From Corynebacterium glutamicum ATCC 13032 (GTDB lineage Bacteria > Actinomycetota > Actinomycetes > Mycobacteriales > Mycobacteriaceae), in the NCBI RefSeq assembly GCF_000011325.1, contig NC_003450.3, forward strand, positions 480,001 to 512,000: 32,000 bases of DNA, written 5' to 3'. The notes below the pieces were generated by a model. The model did no database searches. It had not been told where the DNA came from and worked only from the letters and a program-made list of their open reading frames with translations. This document shows, one piece after another, positions 1 through 8,659 of this stretch (its first letter is position 1; each line of letters begins with the position of its first letter). Both the position numbers and the translations under genes were made by a program.

Positions 1-201
1 CACTGCGAGAGCATCTTTGAGGTAGCCCTGGTCGAAAGCCTGGAAAGAACCGGAAACAATCGCTCCGCCAGCAACTTCGAGGCCTTCAACACGCGCAGTG
101 TAATCCTCCACGGTGAAAGGCTCGGGGAGGTAGCCGTTGTTTTCGATCAGTGGGTGCTGGGGATCGATGATATGGAAATGGGAATCAAACAACTTGGCCA
201 T
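1..201 (-). CDS. Amidohydrolase-2-like protein, N-terminal 67 codons (gene runs off the window start)
   Basis: This edge-open frame is missing from the supplied track. The reverse complement from ATG at 201 reads MAKLFDSHFHIIDPQHPLIENNGYLPEPFTVEDYTARVEGLEVAGGAIVSGSFQAFDQGYLKDALAV. The N-terminal DSHFHI motif is typical of metal-dependent amidohydrolases. It starts 3 nt after the stop of the upstream thioesterase gene. Confidence 0.6.
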   Translation of the reverse strand, partial: MAKLFDSHFHIIDPQHPLIENNGYLPEPFTVEDYTARVEGLEVAGGAIVSGSFQAFDQGYLKDALAV

Positions 202-204
202 GAT

Positions 205-624
205 TTAGTTTTCCTTAGGTGCTTCAGGCAGACGGGAGACAAACTTCTCACGGTTAACCACACCGCGCTGGTGGGTGCCGGTGCTGATGGTGGCGAACTC
301 ATCAGCTGCAGTGATGTTGAAGGTAACTGCACGACGGTTGATCTCTGTCACCTCAACATCGATGGTGACCGTGGATCCAGGAACCGTTGGAGCTGCGTGG
401 GAGAAGTTCACATGAGTGCCCAGCGAGATTTCACCGTCGTCCAAATGGGGACGCAGAAGTTCCATGCAGGCCCACTCGATGATGCCGACCATATATCCAG
501 TGGCCAGGACATCTGGCATGGTTTCAAATTCTGCTGCTTCGGGAAGCAGATGCGGAACTGTGCGGTTTGCTGGCACTATGTAGGTCATTTGGTGGGTTAA
601 ACCGGTGGTCAGTGTCTCTTTCAT
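205..624 (-). CDS. Hotdog-fold thioesterase (FlK-like thioesterase family)
   Basis: 139-aa ORF. The MPDVLATGYMVGIIEWAC ... LGTHVNFSHAAPT ... GTHQRGVV pattern matches the fluoroacetyl-CoA-thioesterase-like hotdog family as I remember it. It has an ATGA overlap with the upstream ORF. Confidence 0.8.
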   Translation of the reverse strand: MKETLTTGLTHQMTYIVPANRTVPHLLPEAAEFETMPDVLATGYMVGIIEWACMELLRPHLDDGEISLGTHVNFSHAAPTVPGSTVTIDVEVTEINRRAVTFNITAADEFATISTGTHQRGVVNREKFVSRLPEAPKEN

Positions 625-1014
625 GAGGACTCTCCTGAAGCGTTGCGTCGGATGTTAATAATTTCTGTTGCTGTTTGTTTTGCGTCCACGATGCCAGTGA
701 TCTCGCCGGTGGTGATGGCACGGACGCTGGCGCCGTCGATAAGCAATGAAAAGAATGACCCGCACTTTGCTGGGTTCGCCAGGCCATCTTGAGCGGAAAG
801 CTCGGTGAGCGTGTGGCGAATCCAGGTATTCGGTGATGTCCCATTTTCTGGTATCACTACGGCGTTAAAGAACTGCGGCGACCAGGCCGGATTCAGCCAC
901 GACCCGGTCGACTCAGATCGCGCAGAGTCCTTCGGCGTAGAACAGCCGAGTGGCTTCGGAGAGGATTTTCTCTCCGCTTGTCGAGTACACGCCATCACCA
1001 TAACTTACAGGTCA
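621..1014 (-). pseudogene. Decayed TetR-family regulator remnant (may be annotated as a 126-aa hypothetical protein)
   Basis: One minus frame reads (G)VYSTSGEKILSEATRLFYAEGLCAI-TGA-VDRVVAESGLVAAVL-TAA-RRSDTRKWDITEYLDS. This looks like a TetR N-terminal HTH interrupted by two in-frame stops. A different frame (ORF 621..1001) carries a TetR C-terminal-like LLIDGASVRAITTGE segment. The total length of ~130 codons is too short for an intact TetR. Confidence 0.4.
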
Positions 1015-1063
1015 GTAAAGCATCTTGCTTTTGGAAAAACTTCTCATATAGGTCTCTGGAATG

Positions 1064-1097
1064 ACAAAAACCAGGCCCCTTTGAAGAGACCTGGTTT
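1064..1097 (-). terminator. Rho-independent terminator downstream of the pitA/small-membrane-protein pair
   Basis: AAACCAGG (1068-1075) pairs with CCTGGTTT (1090-1097). On the minus-strand RNA the stem is followed by TTTTTGT. Confidence 0.6.
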
Positions 1098-1127
1098 GGA
1101 GAAAGTTGTTATTCGCAGCTGGTGCTT

Positions 1128-1391
1128 TTAGCCTTCAGTGCCGAAAATGTCGAAACCAGAGTACTGGTAGATCGTTGCTTTGGTGACCCAGAGAATGCCA
1201 GCGATGATAGCAACCGCAATGATGGCAAAGCAGATGGTTGAAGCAATTTTTCCAAGAGCGTTGGTGCCGTTGGAAGAAGGGCTGTGAGCAAAGCGGATTC
1301 CTAATGCAAAAAGGGCTGGAAGGCCTGCGCCGAGCAAAATGCCCACGAGGGTGACCTCAAAGATGCTTCCGAAAATAGTAGCGAAGTTCAT
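1128..1391 (-). CDS. Small hydrophobic membrane protein (87 aa, about 2 TM), translationally coupled to pitA
   Basis: The ORF has two hydrophobic stretches (VTLVGILLGAGLPALFALGI; ICFAIIAVAIIAGILWV). Its ATG overlaps the pitA stop by 1 nt (TAATG). Confidence 0.7.
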   Translation of the reverse strand: MNFATIFGSIFEVTLVGILLGAGLPALFALGIRFAHSPSSNGTNALGKIASTICFAIIAVAIIAGILWVTKATIYQYSGFDIFGTEG

Positions 1392-2668
1392 TACTTGGTT
1401 ACCTCATTCTCGTTGTTGAGATCTTGAACGGCTTGAGCGGCTGGAGCGGCAGGAGCTTCTGTAATCTCAGAAGCAGCCGGGGCGGAAGGTGTTGCAGGTT
1501 CCACGCTGTTTGATTCTTCATTCCAGTCAGCGTTGACGTTGCTTGGATCAACAGGCACGCGACGGGAACGGGCGTAAATGTAGCCAGACAGAATGACCAG
1601 AATGGCGAATGCAACGAGGACTCCGAGGAGGTCTGAGCTGATAAGACCAATTCCGTGAGCTACCCACCAGCAGAAAACGCCAACGATCGCGGAGGCAGGG
1701 AGGGTGATAACCCAGGCCATTGCCATGCGTCCTGCGACGGACCAACGAACCTTCGCCCCTTTACGTCCAATGCCGGTACCCATGATGGAGCCAGTAGCAA
1801 CGTGAGTGGTGGACAGTGCCATACCGAAGTGGGAAGAAGTCAAAATGATTGCTGCAGAAGAAGTTTCTGCTGCCATGCCCTGAGGGGAATCAATCTCAAC
1901 CAAGCCTTTGCCCAGTGTGCGGATAACGCGCCAACCACCCAAGTAGGTACCGATTGCGATTGCCAATGCACATGTAGCCTTGACCCAGAATGGGATGTCA
2001 GCGTCAGTTCCCAGGTGACCGGTGGCAACCAGGGAAAGGAAGATAACGCCCATGGTCTTCTGGGCATCGTTGGTGCCGTGTGCCAGGGAAACCAAGGAAG
2101 CGGAGCCGATCTGACCCCAGCGGAAGTAACGGTTCTTCTCGTTGTCTCCAACTGCCTTTGTGATGCTGTACACGGCGAAAGTGCCGATGGCGGCCACGAG
2201 ACCTGCAACAACTGGTGCAGCCAATGCTGGGATGATCATCTTGGACAAGACACCTTCCCACACCACTCCGCCGAAACCGAGTGAAGCAATTGCGGCGCCA
2301 ATGAGGCCACCGAAAAGTGCGTGAGAGGAGCTGGAAGGAATGCCTAGCAGCCAGGTCAGAAGGTTCCAGACGATGGCGCCAATGAGGCCGGCGAAGACGA
2401 CAAGCAGGAGCTGGTGGGAATCCCAGGCATTGCTTAGGTCGAATTGGTCGAGGTCAACAACGCCTTTGGCAACAGTTGTCGCAACTTCTACAGAGAGGAA
2501 TGCGCCAACAAGGTTCAGTGAGGCGGATAGTGCCACGGCGACTTTAGGTTTTAGAGCGCCTGTGGCAATGGATGTGGCCATCGCATTGCCGGTGTCGTGG
2601 AATCCGTTTGTGAAATCGAAGGCGAGCGCCGTCACGATAACAATCAATAAAATAATCAGCTCGGTCAC
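1391..2668 (-). CDS. pitA: Low-affinity inorganic phosphate transporter, PiT family
   Basis: Carries FDFTNGFHDTGNAMATSI and a second GTNDAQKTMG PiT signature, and is polytopic. The maximal ORF reaches 2776, but a GTG at 2668 gives an MTELIILLIVIVTALAFDFTNGFHD N-terminus. That matches the spacing I remember for mycobacterial PitA. The start is therefore uncertain (2668 vs 2776). Confidence 0.92.
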   Translation of the reverse strand: MTELIILLIVIVTALAFDFTNGFHDTGNAMATSIATGALKPKVAVALSASLNLVGAFLSVEVATTVAKGVVDLDQFDLSNAWDSHQLLLVVFAGLIGAIVWNLLTWLLGIPSSSSHALFGGLIGAAIASLGFGGVVWEGVLSKMIIPALAAPVVAGLVAAIGTFAVYSITKAVGDNEKNRYFRWGQIGSASLVSLAHGTNDAQKTMGVIFLSLVATGHLGTDADIPFWVKATCALAIAIGTYLGGWRVIRTLGKGLVEIDSPQGMAAETSSAAIILTSSHFGMALSTTHVATGSIMGTGIGRKGAKVRWSVAGRMAMAWVITLPASAIVGVFCWWVAHGIGLISSDLLGVLVAFAILVILSGYIYARSRRVPVDPSNVNADWNEESNSVEPATPSAPAASEITEAPAAPAAQAVQDLNNENEVTK

Positions 2669-3304
2669 GATTGGGAAGTATGCCCTAAAAAGCGTAGAAA
2701 CCAAATGTCGATTTTGGATTTTCTGACGGTAAATGCCCAGGATAGAGTTCGAATTCCCCATGATTGGGGTGACCATTTGTATTGGGGCTATAGCTATTAT
2801 TGGTTTGCACCAACTAGCAACATGGGGTTTTAGGTCAGTTTCGAGACCAAATTCGTTAAATTACTTAAGAAAGTAAAAACCTTAAATCAAGGAACCAACA
2901 AGATGAACAGTGAGTGAATTCTTTTGATCTTGCTGATATTAACGAGTTTCGGGGGTGGAAAGTTCCTGAATTTCAGAAACTACATGTGCGTACTTTTGGA
3001 GTGCCGAAGTTTTCCCCTCACCGTGTGTCAATGGAGATGAGCTGAGCGTGACAAGGGAGTTTGTTGCTGGCAATTAAGATTCTCATCCTGATTTCAGCTA
3101 AAGCTTCACGGAAAATGTTTTTAACTTCATTTACGGTGTGCACAGATCAGCTTTTGAAGGCGAATGGTAGTTGGTATAGCACCAATGGCGATTCCGCATT
3201 CATATGGATAACTCGATGTCCGAATAAAAGGGATTGAGCGGTGCACCCATGAGGGGGATCGTGATAGCATGAAAGCATTGCCTCCTGTTACGACAGTGAA
3301 GGAA

Positions 3305-3358
3305 GAAGACCCTAGGACCCCAGCCGGACGACTGGACCTAGGGTCTTCGCTTTGTTTT
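3305..3358. terminator. Strong hairpin, possibly a bidirectional terminator
   Basis: Perfect 12-bp stem: GAAGACCCTAGG (3305-3316) with CCTAGGGTCTTC (3337-3348), plus an inner CCAG/CTGG pair. On the + strand it is followed by GCTTTGTTTTATT. On the minus strand it lies just downstream of the broken ORF that ends at 3363. Confidence 0.5.
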
Positions 3359-3362
3359 ATTC

Positions 3363-3942
3363 TCATAGTGATTCCGGGGTTAATGAATTGAGAACAACTC
3401 TGTCTTGCAATTGTTTCCAGTAGAGATCATTTCCAAGATAGTTAGAGTTAATTTCTCCTAAGAAAATATCTGGAATCCAGAGTAAAGGTTCATCTCCGCC
3501 CCGGATGTGTACTATACGAATCTTTGAGGCTTGTCCACGCCCTTGTAGTGCGACGATATGTTCGATGTCCTTTTTATTTTGAGCCACTTGTCGACTTTCC
3601 AGGACGACCTATTGGACTCCCATGTTGGATAGCTCAAAATACATATTTTCGAGGCATTTCCTTCGGTAGCGTTCTGTCTTTACTTATCTCGCTGCGATGA
3701 GTAACTACAGCTTGCATGGAATCAAGGGTGGATAATGTCTTGACTATCGTTCTGCGACGACTCTCACGCTCGTCTGTCCAATGCAGCTTAATCTGACCTG
3801 GAAGGCGTAACGGTATGAGTTCAGTGCGTATCGCGTCCGAGTTGACAGAATCAATAATAGCCGCGCACACCATGTAATCTTGGCGGTTTTGGGATCGCAT
3901 GGCTGATGATTCGTCTATATAGGCAACTAGCTGCGATTCCAC
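3363..3942 (-). pseudogene. Broken gene resembling actinobacterial DUF3800-type hypothetical proteins
   Basis: ORF 3634..3942 begins MESQLVAYIDESS...KLHWTDE. ORF 3363..3587, in a different frame, carries VVLESRQ...GGDEPLLWIPDIFLGEI. Together they read like the N- and C-terminal halves of one protein. At least one frameshift or stop lies between 3588 and 3660. The sequence context is AT-rich. Confidence 0.5.
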
Positions 3943-3987
3943 ATGTTAAAGCGTAACCTGTTCTGGTTTTTCTTCCGGCGGTCTCGT

Positions 3988-4035
3988 TGTAAAAAAGGAA
4001 AGCAAGCCTCCCCCTCTCAAAGTGAGGCGGAGGCT
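3988..4035 (-). terminator. Rho-independent terminator of menB
   Basis: AGCCTCCCCCTC (4005-4016) pairs with GAGGCGGAGGCT (4024-4035) with one mismatch. The minus-strand RNA continues TGCTTTCCTTTTTTAC. Confidence 0.65.
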
Positions 4036-4102
4036 GGGCATGAAAAACAATTAAGACAGCCGAGCTCGTACCCGGTAAGTGTTTTAGGACCCCATGAACT
4101 CA

Positions 4103-5062
4103 CTAGTAGTAGTAAGGGAATTCATTCCAGTTGGGTTCGCGCTTTTCTAGGAATGCTTCCTTACCCTCTACGGCTTCATCCGTCATGTAGGCCAGGCGGG
4201 TGGCTTCGCCGGCGAAGACTTGTTGTCCCATGAGGCCATCGTCGGTGAGATTGAAGGCGAATTTCAGCATGCGTTGCGCGGTGGGGGATTTGGTGTTGAT
4301 TTCGCGGGCTGCTTGGATGGCTTCTTTTTCTAGGTCGCCGTGGTCGGCCACGATGTTGACTGCGCCCATTTGTTGCATGCGTTCGGCGTCGTAGGTGCGT
4401 CCGAGGAAGAAGATTTCGCGGGCGTTTTTCTGTCCGACCATTTTCGCTAGGTAGGCGGAGCCGTAGCCAGCGTCGAAGGATCCCACGTCAGCGTCGGTTT
4501 GCTTGAAGCGTGCTTCTTGGCGGGAAGCGATGGTGAGGTCGCAAACGACATGGAGGGAGTGCCCACCGCCGGCTGCCCAGCCGTTGACTACTGCGATGAC
4601 AACTTTAGGCATGGTGCGGATGAGGCGTTGGACTTCCAAAATGTGGAGGCGTCCGCCTTCAACTTTGGTGCGGGCAATATCTACCGTGGAGACATCAGCG
4701 GTGGCATCGTCGCGCGCGTGTTCGGTGGCGTATTGGTAGCCGGAGCGGCCGCGGATGCGTTGGTCGCCGCCGGAGCAGAACGCCCAGCCACCGTCTTTTT
4801 CGCTGGGGCCGTTGCCGGTGAGCAGGATGGTTCCAACATCTGGGGTGCGGCGCGCGTGGTCGAGGGCTTGGTAAAGCTCGTCGACGGTGTGGGGGCGGAA
4901 AGCATTGCGAACTTCGGGGCGGTCGAAGGCGATGCGCACGATGCCATCGGCGCGGGTGGTGCCCACGTGGCGGTGGTAGGTGATGTCGGTGAATTCTTCA
5001 AAACCTGGAACGGTGGCCCATTGGGTGGGATCAAAAGGGTTGTCGGTGCTGTAGTTGCTCAT
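4103..5062 (-). CDS. menB: 1,4-dihydroxy-2-naphthoyl-CoA synthase
   Basis: 319 aa crotonase-fold protein. IAFDRPEVRNAFRP, FCSGGDQ and GGGHSLHVVCDLTIAS are diagnostic MenB motifs. Confidence 0.96.
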   Translation of the reverse strand: MSNYSTDNPFDPTQWATVPGFEEFTDITYHRHVGTTRADGIVRIAFDRPEVRNAFRPHTVDELYQALDHARRTPDVGTILLTGNGPSEKDGGWAFCSGGDQRIRGRSGYQYATEHARDDATADVSTVDIARTKVEGGRLHILEVQRLIRTMPKVVIAVVNGWAAGGGHSLHVVCDLTIASRQEARFKQTDADVGSFDAGYGSAYLAKMVGQKNAREIFFLGRTYDAERMQQMGAVNIVADHGDLEKEAIQAAREINTKSPTAQRMLKFAFNLTDDGLMGQQVFAGEATRLAYMTDEAVEGKEAFLEKREPNWNEFPYYY

Positions 5063-5073
5063 AATCTTTAACC

Positions 5074-5355
5074 TTAAGCCTCTGCCGAAATGGCCAAGGT
5101 CTTGGCGTGGGCGTCGATGACTTTTGCTAGGGCGACATCACGGTCGGTTATCTCACCCACATCGTGGCTGGTGAGGGTGATTTCCACAAAACCATAGGTG
5201 AGAAGGATATCGGGGTGGTGGTTGGCTTCTTCTGCGGAGTCGGCAATGAGGTTGACAAATTTCATGCCAGTGGAGAATTTTCCGGTGTTGAAATGTGCGG
5301 TGAGCTTGGCGTTGGCGGAGGACCAGTGTGGGGAGACGTCGAAAAGCGAATTCAT
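5074..5355 (-). CDS. Pterin-4a-carbinolamine dehydratase (PCD/DCoH) family protein
   Basis: Has the EEANHHPDI motif and a length of ~93 aa from the ATG at 5355. The track ORF extends to 5385, but that extra part would overlap the divergent gene. Confidence 0.8.
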   Translation of the reverse strand: MNSLFDVSPHWSSANAKLTAHFNTGKFSTGMKFVNLIADSAEEANHHPDILLTYGFVEITLTSHDVGEITDRDVALAKVIDAHAKTLAISAEA

Positions 5356-5383
5356 GGCCCCATCTTGCCTTAAAATGGCGCAC

Positions 5384-5989
5384 ATGCGCTTACTGCTGAC
5401 CTCCTTTGGCCATGATCATATTCGGGATTTTGTACGCGGTACCGTGGCGTATATCCCTGATGCGACCAGGCTTTTTGCTGATAGTCCCGAGGCTGCTCCT
5501 TTTATGGAGACGGAGCGAAATATGCTGCGCGAGCACGGCTTGAGCATTCGTGAGCTGCCGATTTCCACGTCGACTCCGGAGGAAGTGGATCGGGTGCTTG
5601 GTGAGGTTGATGGGGTGTATGTGGCGGGCGGTGAGACTTTTGATCTGATGTGGCTGCTGCGTTCCACAGGCAATGATGAGGTGTTGATTAAGCATGTTCG
5701 CGCTGGTCTACCGTATATTGGAACGAGCGCCGGCGCGGTAATTGCAGGTCCTTCGATTGAACCGATCAGCTTTTTGGATAGCCCCGATGTCGCGCCGAAT
5801 TTAAGCGACTATTCAGGTCTAGGCCTGTGCGAGCATGTCGTGGTGCCCCATGCTGGTGGCACGATCCCGCAATTTCCCATCGATGTGTTTGCGGAAACCG
5901 TGCGCACCTACGGCGCCGAATTCCCGCTGGTCCTGCTTAAAGATGGACAGGCACTGCTTATCGACGACCACGGCGTCCACCTAATTTAG
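5384..5989 (+). CDS. Peptidase E-like (S51 family) protein
   Basis: MRLLLTSFG..., VYVAGGETFDLMWLL and IGTSAGAVIAG (Ser nucleophile context) are typical of the S51 family. The track ORF start at 5198 is an upstream artefact. An alternative ATG lies at 5375. Confidence 0.8.
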   Translation: MRLLLTSFGHDHIRDFVRGTVAYIPDATRLFADSPEAAPFMETERNMLREHGLSIRELPISTSTPEEVDRVLGEVDGVYVAGGETFDLMWLLRSTGNDEVLIKHVRAGLPYIGTSAGAVIAGPSIEPISFLDSPDVAPNLSDYSGLGLCEHVVVPHAGGTIPQFPIDVFAETVRTYGAEFPLVLLKDGQALLIDDHGVHLI

Positions 5990-6000
5990 GATGGTTCCCC

Positions 6001-7017
6001 ATGAGCACCCCAACTGTTGATGAGATTCTAGAGCGCGCCCACGTGGTGTCGCTGCCGATGCGTGTGAAGTTTCGTGGCGTCACCACCAGGGAGGCTTTGC
6101 TGATTGAAGGCCCTGCTGGTTGGGGAGAGTTCGCGCCCTTCCTTGAGTATGACCCGCAAGAATCGGCCAGTTGGCTAAAGTCCGGCATTGAAGCAGCGTG
6201 GGAGGGTTTTCCGGCGCCGTTGCGTGATCGCGTGGAAGTCAATGCCACCATCCCAGCTGTTCCGGCCGATCAAGTGGCAGAAGTTTTGGACCGTTTCCCA
6301 GGCTGTCGCACCATCAAAGTAAAGGTCGCGGAACCAGGCCAGACCTTGGCTGATGACATCGCGCGAGTTGCCGCTGCCCGTGAGGCACGCCCCGGCGCGA
6401 TCATCCGTGTTGATGCCAATTGTGGGTGGAGTGTGGAGCAGGCGGTGGAGGCGGCTCAGGCGTTGGCGCCGTTGGATTATTTAGAGCAGCCGTGTGCCAC
6501 CGTGGAGGAACTGGCGGAAGTGCGCATGACGGTGCAGCGGCGCGGACTTTTTGTGCGCGTTGCAGCGGATGAATCGATCAGAAAATCTGATGATCCTTAT
6601 CGGGTGGCGGATCTGCGTGCTGCGGATGTGGCTGTGGTGAAGGTTGCTCCTTTGGGTGGTGTGAAAAGGGTACTTGAGGTGGTGCAACATTTGCGGGCGC
6701 GCACGATGGACATCACTGTAGCAAGTGCGTTGGACACGGTTGTGGGGATGAATGCTGGGTTGGCTGCGGTGGCGGCGTTGCCGAAGTTGGATGATGACGA
6801 TCTCATTGATGTGCCACCAGCGGCGGCGGGTCTTGCGACTTCGCAGTTGTTCCTGGAGGATGTCGCGACCCCGCACGCAATCACTGATGGGTTCATGGAA
6901 ACGCGTGTAATTGCCCCGGAAATGGATCGTTTGGAAACGCTTGCTGCCAGCAAAGATAGGCGTGATTGGTGGTTTGAGCGCGTGCGTGAATCGTATCCGT
7001 ACCTGGAGACGATCTAG
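6001..7017 (+). CDS. menC: o-Succinylbenzoate synthase (enolase superfamily)
   Basis: 338 aa. The N-terminus [28 protein letters not shown] is typical of actinobacterial MenC. It sits in the men cluster. Confidence 0.92.
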   Translation: MSTPTVDEILERAHVVSLPMRVKFRGVTTREALLIEGPAGWGEFAPFLEYDPQESASWLKSGIEAAWEGFPAPLRDRVEVNATIPAVPADQVAEVLDRFPGCRTIKVKVAEPGQTLADDIARVAAAREARPGAIIRVDANCGWSVEQAVEAAQALAPLDYLEQPCATVEELAEVRMTVQRRGLFVRVAADESIRKSDDPYRVADLRAADVAVVKVAPLGGVKRVLEVVQHLRARTMDITVASALDTVVGMNAGLAAVAALPKLDDDDLIDVPPAAAGLATSQLFLEDVATPHAITDGFMETRVIAPEMDRLETLAASKDRRDWWFERVRESYPYLETI

Positions 7018-7027
7018 ACTGTTGTGC

Positions 7028-8659
7028 ATGTCCAGCACGCCAGCTCAAGATCTTGCCCGCGCCGTTATTGATTCCCTCGCACCACACGTCACTGACGTGG
7101 TGTTATGCCCAGGATCCAGGAACTCACCGTTGTCGCTTGAGTTGCTGGCGCGGCAGGATCTGCGTGTCCATGTGCGTATCGACGAGCGCAGCGCCTCATT
7201 TTTGGCGCTGTCCCTAGCGCGTACCCAGGCCCGGCCGGTGGCTGTGGTGATGACCTCCGGCACGGCTGTAGCTAACTGCCTGCCTGCTGTTGCTGAAGCT
7301 GCGCATGCCCATATCCCGTTGATTGTGCTCTCTGCTGACCGTCCTGCACATTTGGTGGGAACGGGGGCGAGCCAAACGATTAACCAGACCGGTATTTTTG
7401 GTGATCTTGCACCGACGGTCGGTATCACTGAGCTGGATCAGGTAGCGCAGATTGCTGAAAGCCTTGCTCAGGGGGCTTCCCAGATTCCGCGTCATTTCAA
7501 TCTTGCACTTGATGTTCCTTTGGTTGCTCCTGAACTGCCAGAGCTTCATGGTGAGGCAGTTGGAGCATCATGGACGCATCGCTGGATCAACCACGGTGAG
7601 GTGACCGTGGACCTGGGGGAGCACACCCTCGTGATTGCCGGTGATGAAGCATGGGAAGTGGAAGGGCTGGAAGATGTGCCCACCATCGCTGAACCTACTG
7701 CACCAAAGCCTTATAATCCGGTGCACCCACTGGCTGCTGAAATCTTGCTGAAGGAGCAGGTCTCCGCGGAAGGCTATGTGGTAAACACCAGGCCTGATCA
7801 TGTGATCGTGGTGGGACACCCCACGCTGCACCGCGGAGTGTTGAAGTTGATGTCAGATCCTGGCATTAAATTAACTGTGCTTTCACGCACCGATATCATC
7901 ACTGATCCCGGCCGCCATGCCGATCAGGTGGGCAGCACAGTGAAAGTCACCGGCACCCAGGAAAAGCAGTGGCTAAAGATCTGTTCGGCAGCATCAGAAC
8001 TTGCGGCCGATGGTGTGCGTGACGTCCTGGACAACCAAGAATTCGGTTTCACCGGCCTCCATGTTGCCGCAGCCGTGGCGGATACCTTAGGCACCGGCGA
8101 TACTCTCTTTGCTGCAGCATCCAACTCAATCCGTGACCTCTCCCTGGTGGGTATGCCTTTTGATGGCGTGGATACCTTCTCCCCACGAGGTGTCGCAGGC
8201 ATTGATGGTTCTGTTGCTCAAGCAATCGGCACTTCACTTGCTGTGCAGTCCCGCCACCCCGATGAAATCCGCGCGCCACGCACTGTGGCCCTTCTGGGCG
8301 ATCTGTCGTTCCTTCACGATATTGGCGGACTGCTCATCGGCCCTGATGAACCACGCCCAGAAAACCTCACCATCGTGGTCTCCAACGACAACGGTGGCGG
8401 AATCTTCGAACTCCTAGAAACCGGCGCAGATGGTCTCCGCCCCAACTTCGAGCGTGCTTTCGGTACCCCACACGACGCGTCCATCGCGGATCTCTGCGCA
8501 GGCTACGGCATTGAACACCAAGTGGTAGACAACCTCCAAGACCTCATCATCGCGCTAGTTGATACCACCGAAGTATCCGGATTCACCATTATTGAAGCTT
8601 CGACCGTCCGAGATACCCGCCGTGCACAACAGCAAGCTCTCATGGACACGGTGCACTAA
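7028..8659 (+). CDS. menD: SEPHCHC synthase (2-succinyl-5-enolpyruvyl-6-hydroxy-3-cyclohexene-1-carboxylate synthase)
   Basis: ThDP enzyme with [25 protein letters not shown] and GDLSFLHD motifs. The ATG at 7028 gives [13 protein letters not shown]. The track extension back to 6911 overlaps the end of menC. Confidence 0.95.
   Translation: MSSTPAQDLARAVIDSLAPHVTDVVLCPGSRNSPLSLELLARQDLRVHVRIDERSASFLALSLARTQARPVAVVMTSGTAVANCLPAVAEAAHAHIPLIVLSADRPAHLVGTGASQTINQTGIFGDLAPTVGITELDQVAQIAESLAQGASQIPRHFNLALDVPLVAPELPELHGEAVGASWTHRWINHGEVTVDLGEHTLVIAGDEAWEVEGLEDVPTIAEPTAPKPYNPVHPLAAEILLKEQVSAEGYVVNTRPDHVIVVGHPTLHRGVLKLMSDPGIKLTVLSRTDIITDPGRHADQVGSTVKVTGTQEKQWLKICSAASELAADGVRDVLDNQEFGFTGLHVAAAVADTLGTGDTLFAAASNSIRDLSLVGMPFDGVDTFSPRGVAGIDGSVAQAIGTSLAVQSRHPDEIRAPRTVALLGDLSFLHDIGGLLIGPDEPRPENLTIVVSNDNGGGIFELLETGADGLRPNFERAFGTPHDASIADLCAGYGIEHQVVDNLQDLIIALVDTTEVSGFTIIEASTVRDTRRAQQQALMDTVH

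Noticed and set aside
805-1131. 108-aa plus-strand ORF opposite the TetR-like remnant
   Set aside because: It has no SD or family resemblance, spans the pitA-operon terminator, and lies opposite sequence that has recognisable TetR motifs on the other strand.
2900-3130. Minus-strand protein-like fragments (NEVKNIFREALAEIRMRILIASNKLPCHAQLISIDTR / GEGKTSALQKYAHVV) that hint at a P-loop NTPase remnant
   Set aside because: The GEGKTS string lacks the upstream Gly of a proper Walker A (GxxxxGKT). The fragments are short and in two frames. Without a database search this cannot be told apart from chance, so it is only noted as part of the AT-rich island.
3127-3366. 79-aa minus ORF
   Set aside because: It reads through the perfect 12-bp hairpin at 3305-3348 and has an implausible composition. 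It is probably not coding.
6911-7027. N-terminal extensions in the ORF track (menD from 6911, gabT from 21496, reductase to 14096, peptidase E from 5198, rplK from 18568, mgtA from 9209)
   Set aside because: The extensions overlap neighbouring genes or lack family-conserved sequence. Internal starts give canonical N-termini, several with good SD spacing.
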